Assembly (NCBI RefSeq): GCF_054482525.1
Contig: NZ_CM137006.1
Reading direction: 5' to 3' (one strand)
Length of the DNA: 64,000 nucleotides
Under the pieces are notes generated by a model that was not told the DNA's origin, ran no database searches, and saw only the letters and a list, made by a program, of their open reading frames with translations. Positions 35,980-45,625 of the stretch are shown here, piece after piece. The translations under genes were made by a program, and so were the position numbers. Numbering within the stretch: the stretch's first letter is position 1; each line of letters opens with the position of its first letter.

Positions 35980-36783
35980 TTGAATCGAACTAATATTTTT
36001 TTTGGTGAATCGCATTCTGACTGGTTGCCTGTCAGAGGCGGAGAATCTGGTGATTTTGTTTTTCGACGTGGTGACGGGCATGCCTTCGCGAAAATCGCAC
36101 CTGCTTCCCGCCGCGGTGAGCTCGCTGGAGAGCGTGACCGCCTCATTTGGCTCAAAGGTCGAGGTGTGGCTTGCCCCGAGGTCATCAACTGGCAGGAGGA
36201 ACAGGAGGGTGCATGCTTGGTGATAACGGCAATTCCGGGAGTACCGGCGGCTGATCTGTCTGGAGCGGATTTGCTCAAAGCGTGGCCGTCAATGGGGCAG
36301 CAACTTGGCGCTGTTCACAGCCTATCGGTTGATCAATGTCCGTTTGAGCGCAGGCTGTCGCGAATGTTCGGACGCGCCGTTGATGTGGTGTCCCGCAATG
36401 CCGTCAATCCCGACTTCTTACCGGACGAGGACAAGAGTACGCCGCAGCTCGATCTTTTGGCTCGTGTCGAACGAGAGCTACCGGTGCGGCTCGACCAAGA
36501 GCGCACCGATATGGTTGTTTGCCATGGTGATCCCTGCATGCCGAACTTCATGGTGGACCCTAAAACTCTTCAATGCACGGGTCTGATCGACCTTGGGCGG
36601 CTCGGAACAGCAGATCGCTATGCCGATTTGGCACTCATGATTGCTAACGCCGAAGAGAACTGGGCAGCGCCAGATGAAGCAGAGCGCGCCTTCGCTGTCC
36701 TATTCAATGTATTGGGGATCGAAGCCCCCGACCGCGAACGCCTTGCCTTCTATCTGCGATTGGACCCTCTGACTTGGGGTTGA
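35980..36783 (+). CDS. strA: aminoglycoside 3''-phosphotransferase APH(3'')-Ib (StrA); TTG start
   Basis: 267-aa product matches StrA; first codon is ttg at 35980. Confidence 0.95.
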   Translation: MNRTNIFFGESHSDWLPVRGGESGDFVFRRGDGHAFAKIAPASRRGELAGERDRLIWLKGRGVACPEVINWQEEQEGACLVITAIPGVPAADLSGADLLKAWPSMGQQLGAVHSLSVDQCPFERRLSRMFGRAVDVVSRNAVNPDFLPDEDKSTPQLDLLARVERELPVRLDQERTDMVVCHGDPCMPNFMVDPKTLQCTGLIDLGRLGTADRYADLALMIANAEENWAAPDEAERAFAVLFNVLGIEAPDRERLAFYLRLDPLTWG

Positions 36784-37619
36784 TGTTCATGCCGCCTGTT
36801 TTTCCTGCTCATTGGCACGTTTCGCAACCTGTTCTCATTGCGGACACCTTTTCCAGCCTCGTTTGGAAAGTTTCATTGCCAGACGGGACTCCTGCAATCG
36901 TCAAGGGATTGAAACCTATAGAAGACATTGCTGATGAACTGCGCGGGGCCGACTATCTGGTATGGCGCAATGGGAGGGGAGCAGTCCGGTTGCTCGGTCG
37001 TGAGAACAATCTGATGTTGCTCGAATATGCCGGGGAGCGAATGCTCTCTCACATCGTTGCCGAGCACGGCGACTACCAGGCGACCGAAATTGCAGCGGAA
37101 CTAATGGCGAAGCTGTATGCCGCATCTGAGGAACCCCTGCCTTCTGCCCTTCTCCCGATCCGGGATCGCTTTGCAGCTTTGTTTCAGCGGGCGCGCGATG
37201 ATCAAAACGCAGGTTGTCAAACTGACTACGTCCACGCGGCGATTATAGCCGATCAAATGATGAGCAATGCCTCGGAACTGCGTGGGCTACATGGCGATCT
37301 GCATCATGAAAACATCATGTTCTCCAGTCGCGGCTGGCTGGTGATAGATCCCGTCGGTCTGGTCGGTGAAGTGGGCTTTGGCGCCGCCAATATGTTCAAC
37401 GATCCGGCTGACAGAGACGACCTTTGTCTCGATCCTAGACGCATTGCACAGATGGCGGACGCATTCTCTCGTGCGCTGGACGTCGATCCGCGTCGCCTGC
37501 TCGACCAGGCGTACGCTTATGGGTGCCTTTCCGCAGCTTGGAACGCGGATGGAGAAGAGGAGCAACGCGATCTAGCTATCGCGGCCGCGATCAAGCAGGT
37601 GCGACAGACGTCATACTAG
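36783..37619 (+). CDS. strB: aminoglycoside 6-phosphotransferase APH(6)-Id (StrB)
   Basis: MFMPPVFPAHWHVSQPVLIADTF...; start overlaps strA stop (tgATG). Confidence 0.95.
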   Translation: MFMPPVFPAHWHVSQPVLIADTFSSLVWKVSLPDGTPAIVKGLKPIEDIADELRGADYLVWRNGRGAVRLLGRENNLMLLEYAGERMLSHIVAEHGDYQATEIAAELMAKLYAASEEPLPSALLPIRDRFAALFQRARDDQNAGCQTDYVHAAIIADQMMSNASELRGLHGDLHHENIMFSSRGWLVIDPVGLVGEVGFGAANMFNDPADRDDLCLDPRRIAQMADAFSRALDVDPRRLLDQAYAYGCLSAAWNADGEEEQRDLAIAAAIKQVRQTSY

Positions 37620-38198
37620 ATATCAAGCGACTTCTCCTATCCCCTGGGAACACATCAATCTCACCGGAGAATATCGCTGGCCAAAGCCTTAGCGTAGGAT
37701 TCCGCCCCTTCCCGCAAACGACCCCTGGAAGCCCCGTAGCGACGCGGAGAGGGGCGAGACAAGCCAAGGGCGCAGGCTCGATGCGCAGCACGACATAGCC
37801 GGTTCTCGCAAGGACGAGAATTTCCCTGCGGTGCCCCTCAAGTGTCAATGAAAGTTTCCAACGCGAGCCATTCGCGAGAGCCTTGAGTCCACGCTAGATC
37901 TATCTCATCTGCGCAAGGCAGAACGTGAAGACGGCCGCCCTGGACCTCGCCCGCGAGCGCCAGGCGCACGAGGCCGGCGCGCGGACCCGCGCCACGGCCC
38001 ACGAGCGGACGCCGCAGCAGGAGCGCCAGAAGGCCGCCAGAGAGGCCGAGCGCGGCCGTGAGGCTTGGACGCTAGGGCAGGGCATGAAAAAGCCCGTAGC
38101 GGGCTGCTACGGGCGTCTGACGCGGTGGAAAGGGGGAGGGGATGTTGTCTACATGGCTCTGCTGTAGTGAGTGGGTTGCGCTCCGGCAGCGGTCCTGA

Positions 38199-38849
38199 TC
38201 AATCGTCACCCTTTCTCGGTCCTTCAACGTTCCTGACAACGAGCCTCCTTTTCGCCAATCCATCGACAATCACCGCGAGTCCCTGCTCGAACGCTGCGTC
38301 CGGATCGGCTTCGTCGAAGGCGTCTATCGCGGCCCGCAACAGCGGCGAGAGCGGAGCCTGTTCAACGGTGCCGCCGCGCTCGCCGGCATCGCTGTCGCCG
38401 GCCTGCTCCTCAAGCACGGCCCCAACAGTGAAGTAGCTGATTGTCATCAGCGCATTGACGGCGTCCCCGGCCGAAAAACCCGCCTCGCAGAGGAAGCGAA
38501 GCTGCGCGTCGGCCGTTTCCATCTGCGGTGCGCCCGGTCGCGTGCCGGCATGGATGCGCGCGCCATCGCGGTAGGCGAGCAGCGCCTGCCTGAAGCTGCG
38601 GGCATTCCCGATCAGAAATGAGCGCCAGTCGTCGTCGGCTCTCGGCACCGAATGCGTATGATTCTCCGCCAGCATGGCTTCGGCCAGTGCGTCGAGCAGC
38701 GCCCGCTTGTTCCTGAAGTGCCAGTAAAGCGCCGGCTGCTGAACCCCCAACCGTTCCGCCAGTTTGCGTGTCGTCAGACCGTCTACGCCGACCTCGTTCA
38801 ACAGGTCCAGGGCGGCACGGATCACTGTATTCGGCTGCAACTTTGTCAT
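38199..38849 (-). CDS. tetR: tetracycline repressor TetR, class A
   Basis: MTKLQPNTVIRAALDLLNEVGVDGLTTRKLAERLGVQQPALYWHF...; start at internal Met of ORF 38199..38876. Confidence 0.9.
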   Translation of the reverse strand: MTKLQPNTVIRAALDLLNEVGVDGLTTRKLAERLGVQQPALYWHFRNKRALLDALAEAMLAENHTHSVPRADDDWRSFLIGNARSFRQALLAYRDGARIHAGTRPGAPQMETADAQLRFLCEAGFSAGDAVNALMTISYFTVGAVLEEQAGDSDAGERGGTVEQAPLSPLLRAAIDAFDEADPDAAFEQGLAVIVDGLAKRRLVVRNVEGPRKGDD

Positions 38850-38854
38850 GCTTG

Positions 38855-38907
38855 ACACTTTATCACTGATAAACATAATATGTCCACCAACTTATCAGTG
38901 ATAAAGA
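38855..38907. promoter_or_regulatory. tet operator palindromes in the tetR-tetA divergent promoter region
   Basis: actttatcactgataaaca and aacttatcagtgataaaga palindromes between the divergent genes. Confidence 0.7.
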
Positions 38908-38954
38908 ATCCGCGCGTTCAATCGGACCAGCGGAGGCTGGTCCGGAGGCCAGAC

Positions 38955-40154
38955 GTGAAACCCAACAGACCCCTGATCGTAATTCTGAGCACTGTCGCGC
39001 TCGACGCTGTCGGCATCGGCCTGATTATGCCGGTGCTGCCGGGCCTCCTGCGCGATCTGGTTCACTCGAACGACGTCACCGCCCACTATGGCATTCTGCT
39101 GGCGCTGTATGCGTTGATGCAATTTGCCTGCGCACCTGTGCTGGGCGCGCTGTCGGATCGTTTCGGGCGGCGGCCGGTCTTGCTCGTCTCGCTGGCCGGC
39201 GCTGCTGTCGACTACGCCATCATGGCGACGACGCCTTTCCTTTGGGTTCTCTATATCGGGCGGATCGTGGCCGGCATCACCGGGGCGACTGGGGCGGTAG
39301 CCGGCGCTTATATTGCCGATATCACTGATGGCGATGAGCGCGCGCGGCACTTCGGCTTCATGAGCGCCTGTTTCGGGTTCGGGATGGTCGCGGGACCTGT
39401 GCTCGGTGGGCTGATGGGCGGTTTCTCCCCCCACGCTCCGTTCTTCGCCGCGGCAGCCTTGAACGGCCTCAATTTCCTGACGGGCTGTTTCCTTTTGCCG
39501 GAGTCGCACAAAGGCGAACGCCGGCCGTTACGCCGGGAGGCTCTCAACCCGCTCGCTTCGTTCCGGTGGGCCCGGGGCATGACCGTCGTCGCCGCCCTGA
39601 TGGCGGTCTTCTTCATCATGCAACTTGTCGGACAGGTGCCGGCCGCGCTTTGGGTCATTTTCGGCGAGGATCGCTTTCACTGGGACGCGACCACGATCGG
39701 CATTTCGCTTGCCGCATTTGGCATTCTGCATTCACTCGCCCAGGCAATGATCACCGGCCCTGTAGCCGCCCGGCTCGGCGAAAGGCGGGCACTCATGCTC
39801 GGAATGATTGCCGACGGCACAGGCTACATCCTGCTTGCCTTCGCGACACGGGGATGGATGGCGTTCCCGATCATGGTCCTGCTTGCTTCGGGTGGCATCG
39901 GAATGCCGGCGCTGCAAGCAATGTTGTCCAGGCAGGTGGATGAGGAACGTCAGGGGCAGCTGCAAGGCTCACTGGCGGCGCTCACCAGCCTGACCTCGAT
40001 CGTCGGACCCCTCCTCTTCACGGCGATCTATGCGGCTTCTATAACAACGTGGAACGGGTGGGCATGGATTGCAGGCGCTGCCCTCTACTTGCTCTGCCTG
40101 CCGGCGCTGCGTCGCGGGCTTTGGAGAAATTCTTCAAATTCCCGTTGCACATAG
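38955..40154 (+). CDS. tetA: tetracycline efflux MFS transporter TetA, class A (GTG start)
   Basis: VKPNRPLIVILSTVALDAVGIGLIMPVLPGLL...; GGAGG 6 nt upstream of GTG at 38955; C-terminal tail may differ from the Tn1721 form. Confidence 0.85.
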   Translation: MKPNRPLIVILSTVALDAVGIGLIMPVLPGLLRDLVHSNDVTAHYGILLALYALMQFACAPVLGALSDRFGRRPVLLVSLAGAAVDYAIMATTPFLWVLYIGRIVAGITGATGAVAGAYIADITDGDERARHFGFMSACFGFGMVAGPVLGGLMGGFSPHAPFFAAAALNGLNFLTGCFLLPESHKGERRPLRREALNPLASFRWARGMTVVAALMAVFFIMQLVGQVPAALWVIFGEDRFHWDATTIGISLAAFGILHSLAQAMITGPVAARLGERRALMLGMIADGTGYILLAFATRGWMAFPIMVLLASGGIGMPALQAMLSRQVDEERQGQLQGSLAALTSLTSIVGPLLFTAIYAASITTWNGWAWIAGAALYLLCLPALRRGLWRNSSNSRCT

Positions 40155-40420
40155 CCCGGCAATTCCTTTCCCTGCTCTGCCATAAGCGCAGCGAATGCCG
40201 GGTAATACTCGTCAACGATCTGATAGAGAAGGGTTTGCTCGGGTCGGTGGCTCTGGTAACGACCAGTATCCCGATCCCGGCTGGCCGTCCTGGCCGCCAC
40301 ATGAGGCATGTTCCGCGTCCTTGCAATACTGTGTTTACATACAGTCTATCGCTTAGCGGAAAGTTCTTTTACCCTCAGCCGAAATGCCTGCCGTTGCTAG
40401 ACATTGCCAGCCAGTGCCCG

Positions 40421-40726
40421 TCACTCCGCGGTCTTCACTGCGTGATCGAGTTGATCGACACCCGCCGTGACACGCTCCATGAAGTGCCTGCCTGCGTCTG
40501 TTAGCCGAACGCCCCGCGCATGGCGCTCAAATAGCAGGACACCAAGGTTATCCTCCAGCGCTTTCACACGCGCGCTGACGCTCGACTGGCTGATACCAAG
40601 TGCCTTGGCCGCATGCCGAAAATTCAGATGCTCGGCGACGGCGATGAACTGAACAAGGGAAATGAGCGGTATCCTGCCAGACAGGATACCGACATTCACG
40701 AGGTTTCGATGGTTAGTGCGCCGCAT
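40421..40726 (-). pseudogene. truncated LysR-family regulator gene associated with floR
   Basis: 101-aa ORF with LysR-type HTH (HLNFRHAAKALGISQSSVSARVKALE) but lacking the effector domain. Confidence 0.7.
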
Positions 40727-40753
40727 CGGAGCGGGCCTGCTACCAGTCGTCGG

Positions 40754-41968
40754 TTAGACGACTGGCGACTTCTCGGTGGCAGCCCCACGGAGCCGAAGGA
40801 GCACCAGCCCCAACGAAACCAGTACCGCCATCGCCGTGGCGTAACAGATCACGGGCCACGCTGTGTCACCGTTTAAAAGTGCCACCGCCAATGTCCCGAC
40901 AATGCTGACTATCAGGCTTTGAACGCAGAAGTAGAACGCGACCGCTGATCCCGCGATGTCGTCGAACTCTGCCAAAGCGCCGTTCGCGGTAACGGACACC
41001 GTGAAGACAATACCGACCGCGACAACCCACATCGGTAGGATGAAGGTGAGGAATGACGGCGAGCCGTAAAGTTCGCCGATCCCCAACAGGACCGCTCCGC
41101 AAACAAGCAACGCCATCCCACGCGCCACGCATCCTGCGATGCCCCATCTGGCGACAAAGGACTTCGCGAAACGGGTTGTCACGATCATTACAAGCGCGAC
41201 AGTGGCGAAGGCAAAGCTGAATCCGATCTCGGAATATTCCGCTTGGCCTATGAGCACACGGGGAGCCGTCGAGAAGAAGACGAAGTAGGTGCCCATACCG
41301 GCGCTAAAGCCGACAGTGTAAACCCAAAAAGCCGGACTCGCGAAGATCGGCAAGACAGATCGGCGCGTCTTGACTTGATCCAGAGGGCGGGTTTCGTGCC
41401 ACCTGAAACCCGCATTTAGGAGTGCGAGCATCGCCAGTATAGCCAAAGTAATGAATATCGCCTGCCATCCCAAGAACTCGCCGATCAATGTTCCGGCGAT
41501 AGGGCCGAGCGCAGGCACGAACGCCAGCATCGAACTGAAAAGGCCGTAGATGACGACACCCTCAGGACGGTTGGCATAAACGTCGCGAACCGTCGCGAAC
41601 GTCGCCACCAGCATGGCCGACGCGCCCACTGCTTGAAGTAGACGGAAAGCGACAAAGGCCGGTGCAGTTGAAGACCAAGCTGCTCCCAGAGACGCAATGA
41701 CGAAAGCCGTTGCGCCCGCAAGTAGAATTGGCCGTCGCCCGATTCTGTCTGAGAGCGGACCAAAAATCACCTGGCCCACGCCGAGCATCACCATATAGAG
41801 GCTCAACGTGAGTTGGATCATAGCGGGCGTCGTGTTCAGGATGCCGGGCATCGCTGGAACGACAGGGAGATAAATATCCATCGCCAGTGAAGCGAGGATG
41901 TCGAAAGGAGCCATCAGCAGCAGTGCTGCCGGCAGCGTATAGGCCCACGCGGGGCGTGTGGTGGTCAT
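40754..41968 (-). CDS. floR: florfenicol/chloramphenicol efflux MFS transporter FloR
   Basis: 404-aa product matches FloR as recalled. Confidence 0.95.
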   Translation of the reverse strand: MTTTRPAWAYTLPAALLLMAPFDILASLAMDIYLPVVPAMPGILNTTPAMIQLTLSLYMVMLGVGQVIFGPLSDRIGRRPILLAGATAFVIASLGAAWSSTAPAFVAFRLLQAVGASAMLVATFATVRDVYANRPEGVVIYGLFSSMLAFVPALGPIAGTLIGEFLGWQAIFITLAILAMLALLNAGFRWHETRPLDQVKTRRSVLPIFASPAFWVYTVGFSAGMGTYFVFFSTAPRVLIGQAEYSEIGFSFAFATVALVMIVTTRFAKSFVARWGIAGCVARGMALLVCGAVLLGIGELYGSPSFLTFILPMWVVAVGIVFTVSVTANGALAEFDDIAGSAVAFYFCVQSLIVSIVGTLAVALLNGDTAWPVICYATAMAVLVSLGLVLLRLRGAATEKSPVV

Positions 41969-42184
41969 GACGAATCAACCCTCGATTAAGGAATACCGGG
42001 CGACGTCTGCTCGTCAGCAATCAGATGAGACTAGCCTTACAGAGCGCCGCAACAACAATACTGGTTGTTGCGGCTTACTTGTCTGCTGACTTGGAATTTC
42101 CCATCTGATTACTCCACGCTTACGAATATGAATTGCTACATTTTATCCGATTATCTTTTGCTTCGCAATGCGGCATGGGCGCAC

Positions 42185-43069
42185 TCAGCGTTCCAGCCCC
42201 CTCTGCCGCCCTAACTGCCACGACACCGACCCGCCCTGCACGATGCCCATAACCTCGCGGCCGAGTTGGCGGTCGATGATCGGCCGCCACGGGACAAGGG
42301 TGAACTCATGGGATTTCTCGACCACGGCGAACTTGCCGCTCGATAGATGCACGGTTCCGGTAAACTTGCCGCTGACGCTCTCGCCGTCCGTGGCGGCGCG
42401 GAACGGCAGGCCCTTACTCAAAGCCATATCCGATCCGACGCCGGCTACCTCGCGCTCCCGCAGGATGGCGAGAAGGTTGCGCCGGTAGAAGACGCGGCTG
42501 TCCCGGCTGCGGGTGGCGTCGCCCTGTTCGATATGGTGCTCGCGGCGCTGGTCCATGGCTTCGCGGACTTGTTGCCCGAAGCCGGTTGGCGCAAGGTCGG
42601 CCGTCTCGCCGTGGATCAGCCGCCGGTCCAGCCAGGTCGCGCCGTCCGATCCGATCTGTTTGTTCAGATCGACCGGGGAAAGGACGCGAACGCTGGCCTG
42701 ACTGTCTCGGCCGGCGTCATGGGCGGCGGCACGGCTGACCAGATCATTGGGGATGCGCCATTGGTCGGCGTCGATCCGCTCGACGATACCGGCCCGGCGT
42801 AGCGCCTCCAGCCGGCGCACATGGGCATCGACATAGCCCTCATAGTCGCCGCCTGGAACGCGGCACGTATAGGAAGAATAAACGCCCTTTTCACCCAAGT
42901 CCAACAGCTTTGGACCGCAGTTGACTCTTTCGACACCCCTGCGATGCAACCCAATCCGGCTGACGGGGAGCCAGCAACGCTGAAAATTTACCCTCCTCTT
43001 TCCCACTAGCGGCTCCTTTTCCGACAACCAGCACGGCGGATCCCTGCCGCGGCGCTGTGAACGCAGCAT
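42185..43069 (-). CDS. floR-associated hypothetical protein (often annotated VirD2-like)
   Basis: 294-aa GC-rich ORF between floR and the ISCR2 fragment, the position this gene occupies in floR cassettes. Confidence 0.55.
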   Translation of the reverse strand: MLRSQRRGRDPPCWLSEKEPLVGKRRVNFQRCWLPVSRIGLHRRGVERVNCGPKLLDLGEKGVYSSYTCRVPGGDYEGYVDAHVRRLEALRRAGIVERIDADQWRIPNDLVSRAAAHDAGRDSQASVRVLSPVDLNKQIGSDGATWLDRRLIHGETADLAPTGFGQQVREAMDQRREHHIEQGDATRSRDSRVFYRRNLLAILREREVAGVGSDMALSKGLPFRAATDGESVSGKFTGTVHLSSGKFAVVEKSHEFTLVPWRPIIDRQLGREVMGIVQGGSVSWQLGRQRGLER

Positions 43070-43099
43070 TTTGATTGGTATCGTTGGCCTTCAGGCTCG

Positions 43100-43753
43100 T
43101 CAGTCAAACAGACCCAGGAGCAGCTCAGCCGGTGGCGCCCGGCTTTCGGGTAACGCCCTGGTCCCGCTGGTTTCGGCTTTGTGCTTCAGGTGATCAAGGA
43201 TCTGCTTGATCACTATAGGGTCTTCAATGCAGGCGATGACTTTCATGGCGCCGCCGCAGCCGCTGCAGGTCTCGATGTCGATATTGAAAACACGCTTGAG
43301 CCGTTGCGCCCATGTCATCGACGCTCGCCGTTGTGCTGGTGTTGCCGGTTCATCAGCCACCCTGACCTTGTTGCCCCTGCCCCGTTTTGCCGGCGTGACC
43401 AACGCCCGGTGCCGACTGTTGGGTGCGAACACCCCGTGGAAGCGGGTTAGGTTGACTCTGGGCTTCGGTACCAGGGCGGCCAGCCTTGCAATGAAATCCA
43501 ATGGTTCGAAAATGACGTGCGTGGTGCCGTCCCGGTACGGCGTCTTGAGCTGGTAGCGCACGTTGCCGCCTCGTGTTAACGACAGCCGCTTCTCGGATAC
43601 CGCCGGGCGGCTGATGTACCGGCACAGCCGTTCGAGCTTCTTGCGTTCATCGGCCCTGGCCGCCACGCCGGCGTGCAGGCTGGACCCGGCTACCTTGCCA
43701 ATCCCGTCACCGAACGGATCACCACTGGTCGGCAGAGTTTGCAAAGTGAACAA
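43100..43753 (-). mobile_element. truncated ISCR2 (IS91-family rolling-circle transposase), C-terminal part only
   Basis: 217-aa ORF resembling the ISCR2 C-terminal half; N-terminal half absent, sequence changes to papI at ~43740. Confidence 0.65.
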
Positions 43754-43968
43754 CTCTGCCCCGCCTGCTTCTCTCCTTTCAGAAGCCAGTATGTTGCCAT
43801 GCCCCGTCTTAATGGTGAGCGCTGAACCATACCTGCTTTTTCCAGTAATAACAGGTAATAGCGGGCCTGGTAATCCGTTACCGCCAGCGCCTCCGCAATT
43901 TCTGCCGTTTTCCCTCCATCATGCCTGTTCAGAAATTCCAGTATTTCATTCTTCATATATTCACTCAT
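43738..43968 (-). CDS. papI: fimbrial regulatory protein PapI (3' end abuts the ISCR2 fragment)
   Basis: [61 protein letters not shown] matches PapI; ORF tail beyond ~77 codons is junction-derived. Confidence 0.8.
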
Positions 43969-44390
43969 CTCACTGTAACAAAGTTTCTTCGAATAATAAA
44001 AATCATGCTTTCTGTTATCAACGGAAAGGTATTTTTATTCTCTGTGTTTGCTGTGTTTGCTGTGTTTGCTTTATTTGTGCAATTTAGTGAATTTGCTTTT
44101 TATTTGCTTTATTTGATATGTATCACATTTTGCGTTTTATTTTTCTGTGAAAAGAAAGTCCGTAAAAATGCATTTAGACGATCTTTTATGCTGTAAATTC
44201 AATTTACTATGATGTTTTTATCTGAGCGCATTCTTATTATTAGTGTTTTATTCTAGTTTAATTTTATTTTGTGGGTTAAAAGATCGTTTAAATCAATATT
44301 TACAACATAAAAAACTAAATTTAACTTATTGCGTGAAGAGTATTTCCGGGCCGGAAGCATATATCCAGGGGCCCGACAGAAGGGGGAAAC
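43969..44390. promoter_or_regulatory. pap phase-variation switch region (papI-papB intergenic) with the two Dam GATC sites
   Basis: Only two GATC sites in the interval, at 44180-44183 and 44282-44285, 102 bp apart as in the pap switch; also a 9-bp triplicated repeat gtgtttgct at ~44041-44070. Confidence 0.7.
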
Positions 44391-44705
44391 ATGGCGCATC
44401 ATGAAGTCATCAGTCGGTCAGGAAATGCGTTTTTGCTGAATATACGCGAGAGCGTACTGTTGCCCGGCTCTATGTCTGAAATGCATTTTTTTTTACTGAT
44501 AGGTATTTCTTCTATTCACAGTGACAGGGTCATTCTGGCTATGAAGGACTATCTGGTAGGTGGGCACTCCCGTAAGGAGGTCTGCGAGAAATACCAGATG
44601 AATAATGGGTATTTCAGTACAACACTTGGGAGACTTATACGGCTGAATGCTCTTGCAGCAAGGCTTGCACCTTATTATACAGATGAGTCGTCGGCATTTG
44701 ACTGA
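44391..44705 (+). CDS. papB: fimbrial regulator PapB
   Basis: 104-aa ORF directly downstream of the switch region; PapB-like size and position. Confidence 0.8.
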   Translation: MAHHEVISRSGNAFLLNIRESVLLPGSMSEMHFFLLIGISSIHSDRVILAMKDYLVGGHSRKEVCEKYQMNNGYFSTTLGRLIRLNALAARLAPYYTDESSAFD

Positions 44706-44911
44706 ATGATGGCATTCCGGAGTTATCTTACAGATAAAAAGAAGTCCTTATCAGAAAGCAGACAGGTTATATCAGTATTCTGTCGATAAATAACCTGCCC
44801 TGAAAATACGAGAATATTATTTGTATTGATCTGGTTATTAAAGGTAATCGGGTCATTTTAAATTGCCAGATATCTCTGGTGTGTTCAGTAATGAAAAAGA
44901 GGTTGTTATTT

Positions 44912-45180
44912 ATGATTAAGTCGGTTATTGCCGGTGCGGTAGCTATGGCAGTGGTGTCTTTTGGTGTAAATGCTGCTCCAACTATTCCACAGGGGCAGGG
45001 TAAAGTAACTTTTAACGGAACTGTTGTTGATGCTCCATGCAGCATTTCTCAGAAATCAGCTGATCAGTCTATTGATTTTGGACAGCTTTCAAAAAGCTTC
45101 CTTGAGGCAGGAGGTACATCCAAGCCAATGGATTTAGATATTGAGTTAGTAAATTGCGATATTACAGCTTTTAAACAAGG
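44912..45180 (+). pseudogene. papA: major pilin papA, 5' fragment only
   Basis: MIKSVIAGAVAMAVVSFGVNAAPTIPQGQGKVTFNGTVVDAPCSIS... pilin N-terminus; pilin-like sequence ends at ~45177, where a perfect palindrome starts. Confidence 0.7.
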
Positions 45181-45189
45181 TCAAGCACT

Positions 45190-45235
45190 GATGAATCCCC
45201 TAATGATTTTTATCAAAATCATTAGGGGATTCATC
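45190..45235. repeat. perfect 21-bp inverted repeat (hairpin) at the papA truncation junction
   Basis: gatgaatcccctaatgatttt / tatc / aaaatcattaggggattcatc; no flanking T-run. Confidence 0.7.
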
Positions 45236-45583
45236 AGGACTCAGTATAAATCCAAGACAAAATCCCCCCGTGAATGCATTTAATAAAGACTTTAATGTTC
45301 TGTTAAAGGTGCGGATATAAAATGCATAAATAAAAGAAAGAGATCCGGTGATTATACCGGTGCAAAAATATGTTGTCCATTCAGGTACCGTATTTTGTAA
45401 AACAGTATAATGAGATATAGCGGATGCCCACAACATATACCAGCACAAACCACCTGTAATAAGATATGTTATTGCTGTGGAAAACCATTTCCTGTATTTA
45501 TTTTCAGGGTAATTGTTCTTGCCCATCAACGCATTTCCAGAATATTTAAAATAACCTGTCACCGAAACGGAATAAAGGCGCAA
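45200..45583 (-). CDS. hypothetical small membrane protein (127 aa)
   Basis: Hydrophobic segments (LITGGLCWYMLWASAI; GIITGSLSFIYAFYI; GGFCLGFIL); 42 bp downstream of the dGTPase gene on the same strand. Confidence 0.4.
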   Translation of the reverse strand: MRLYSVSVTGYFKYSGNALMGKNNYPENKYRKWFSTAITYLITGGLCWYMLWASAISHYTVLQNTVPEWTTYFCTGIITGSLSFIYAFYIRTFNRTLKSLLNAFTGGFCLGFILSPDESPNDFDKNH

Positions 45584-45625
45584 TAACCATAACGGGAAAA
45601 TATGCGCCTCTGGTAATCGGCAGTG

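Noticed and set aside
37620-38198. Short GC-rich ORFs between strB and tetR (for example 37925..38167)
   Set aside because: Region looks like transposon-end and junction debris; Arg/Ala-rich translations typical of random GC-rich frames.
38895-39965. ORFs antisense or out of frame within tetA (38895..39509, 39308..39658, 39566..39943)
   Set aside because: GC-rich shadow frames within the well-supported tetA(A) gene.
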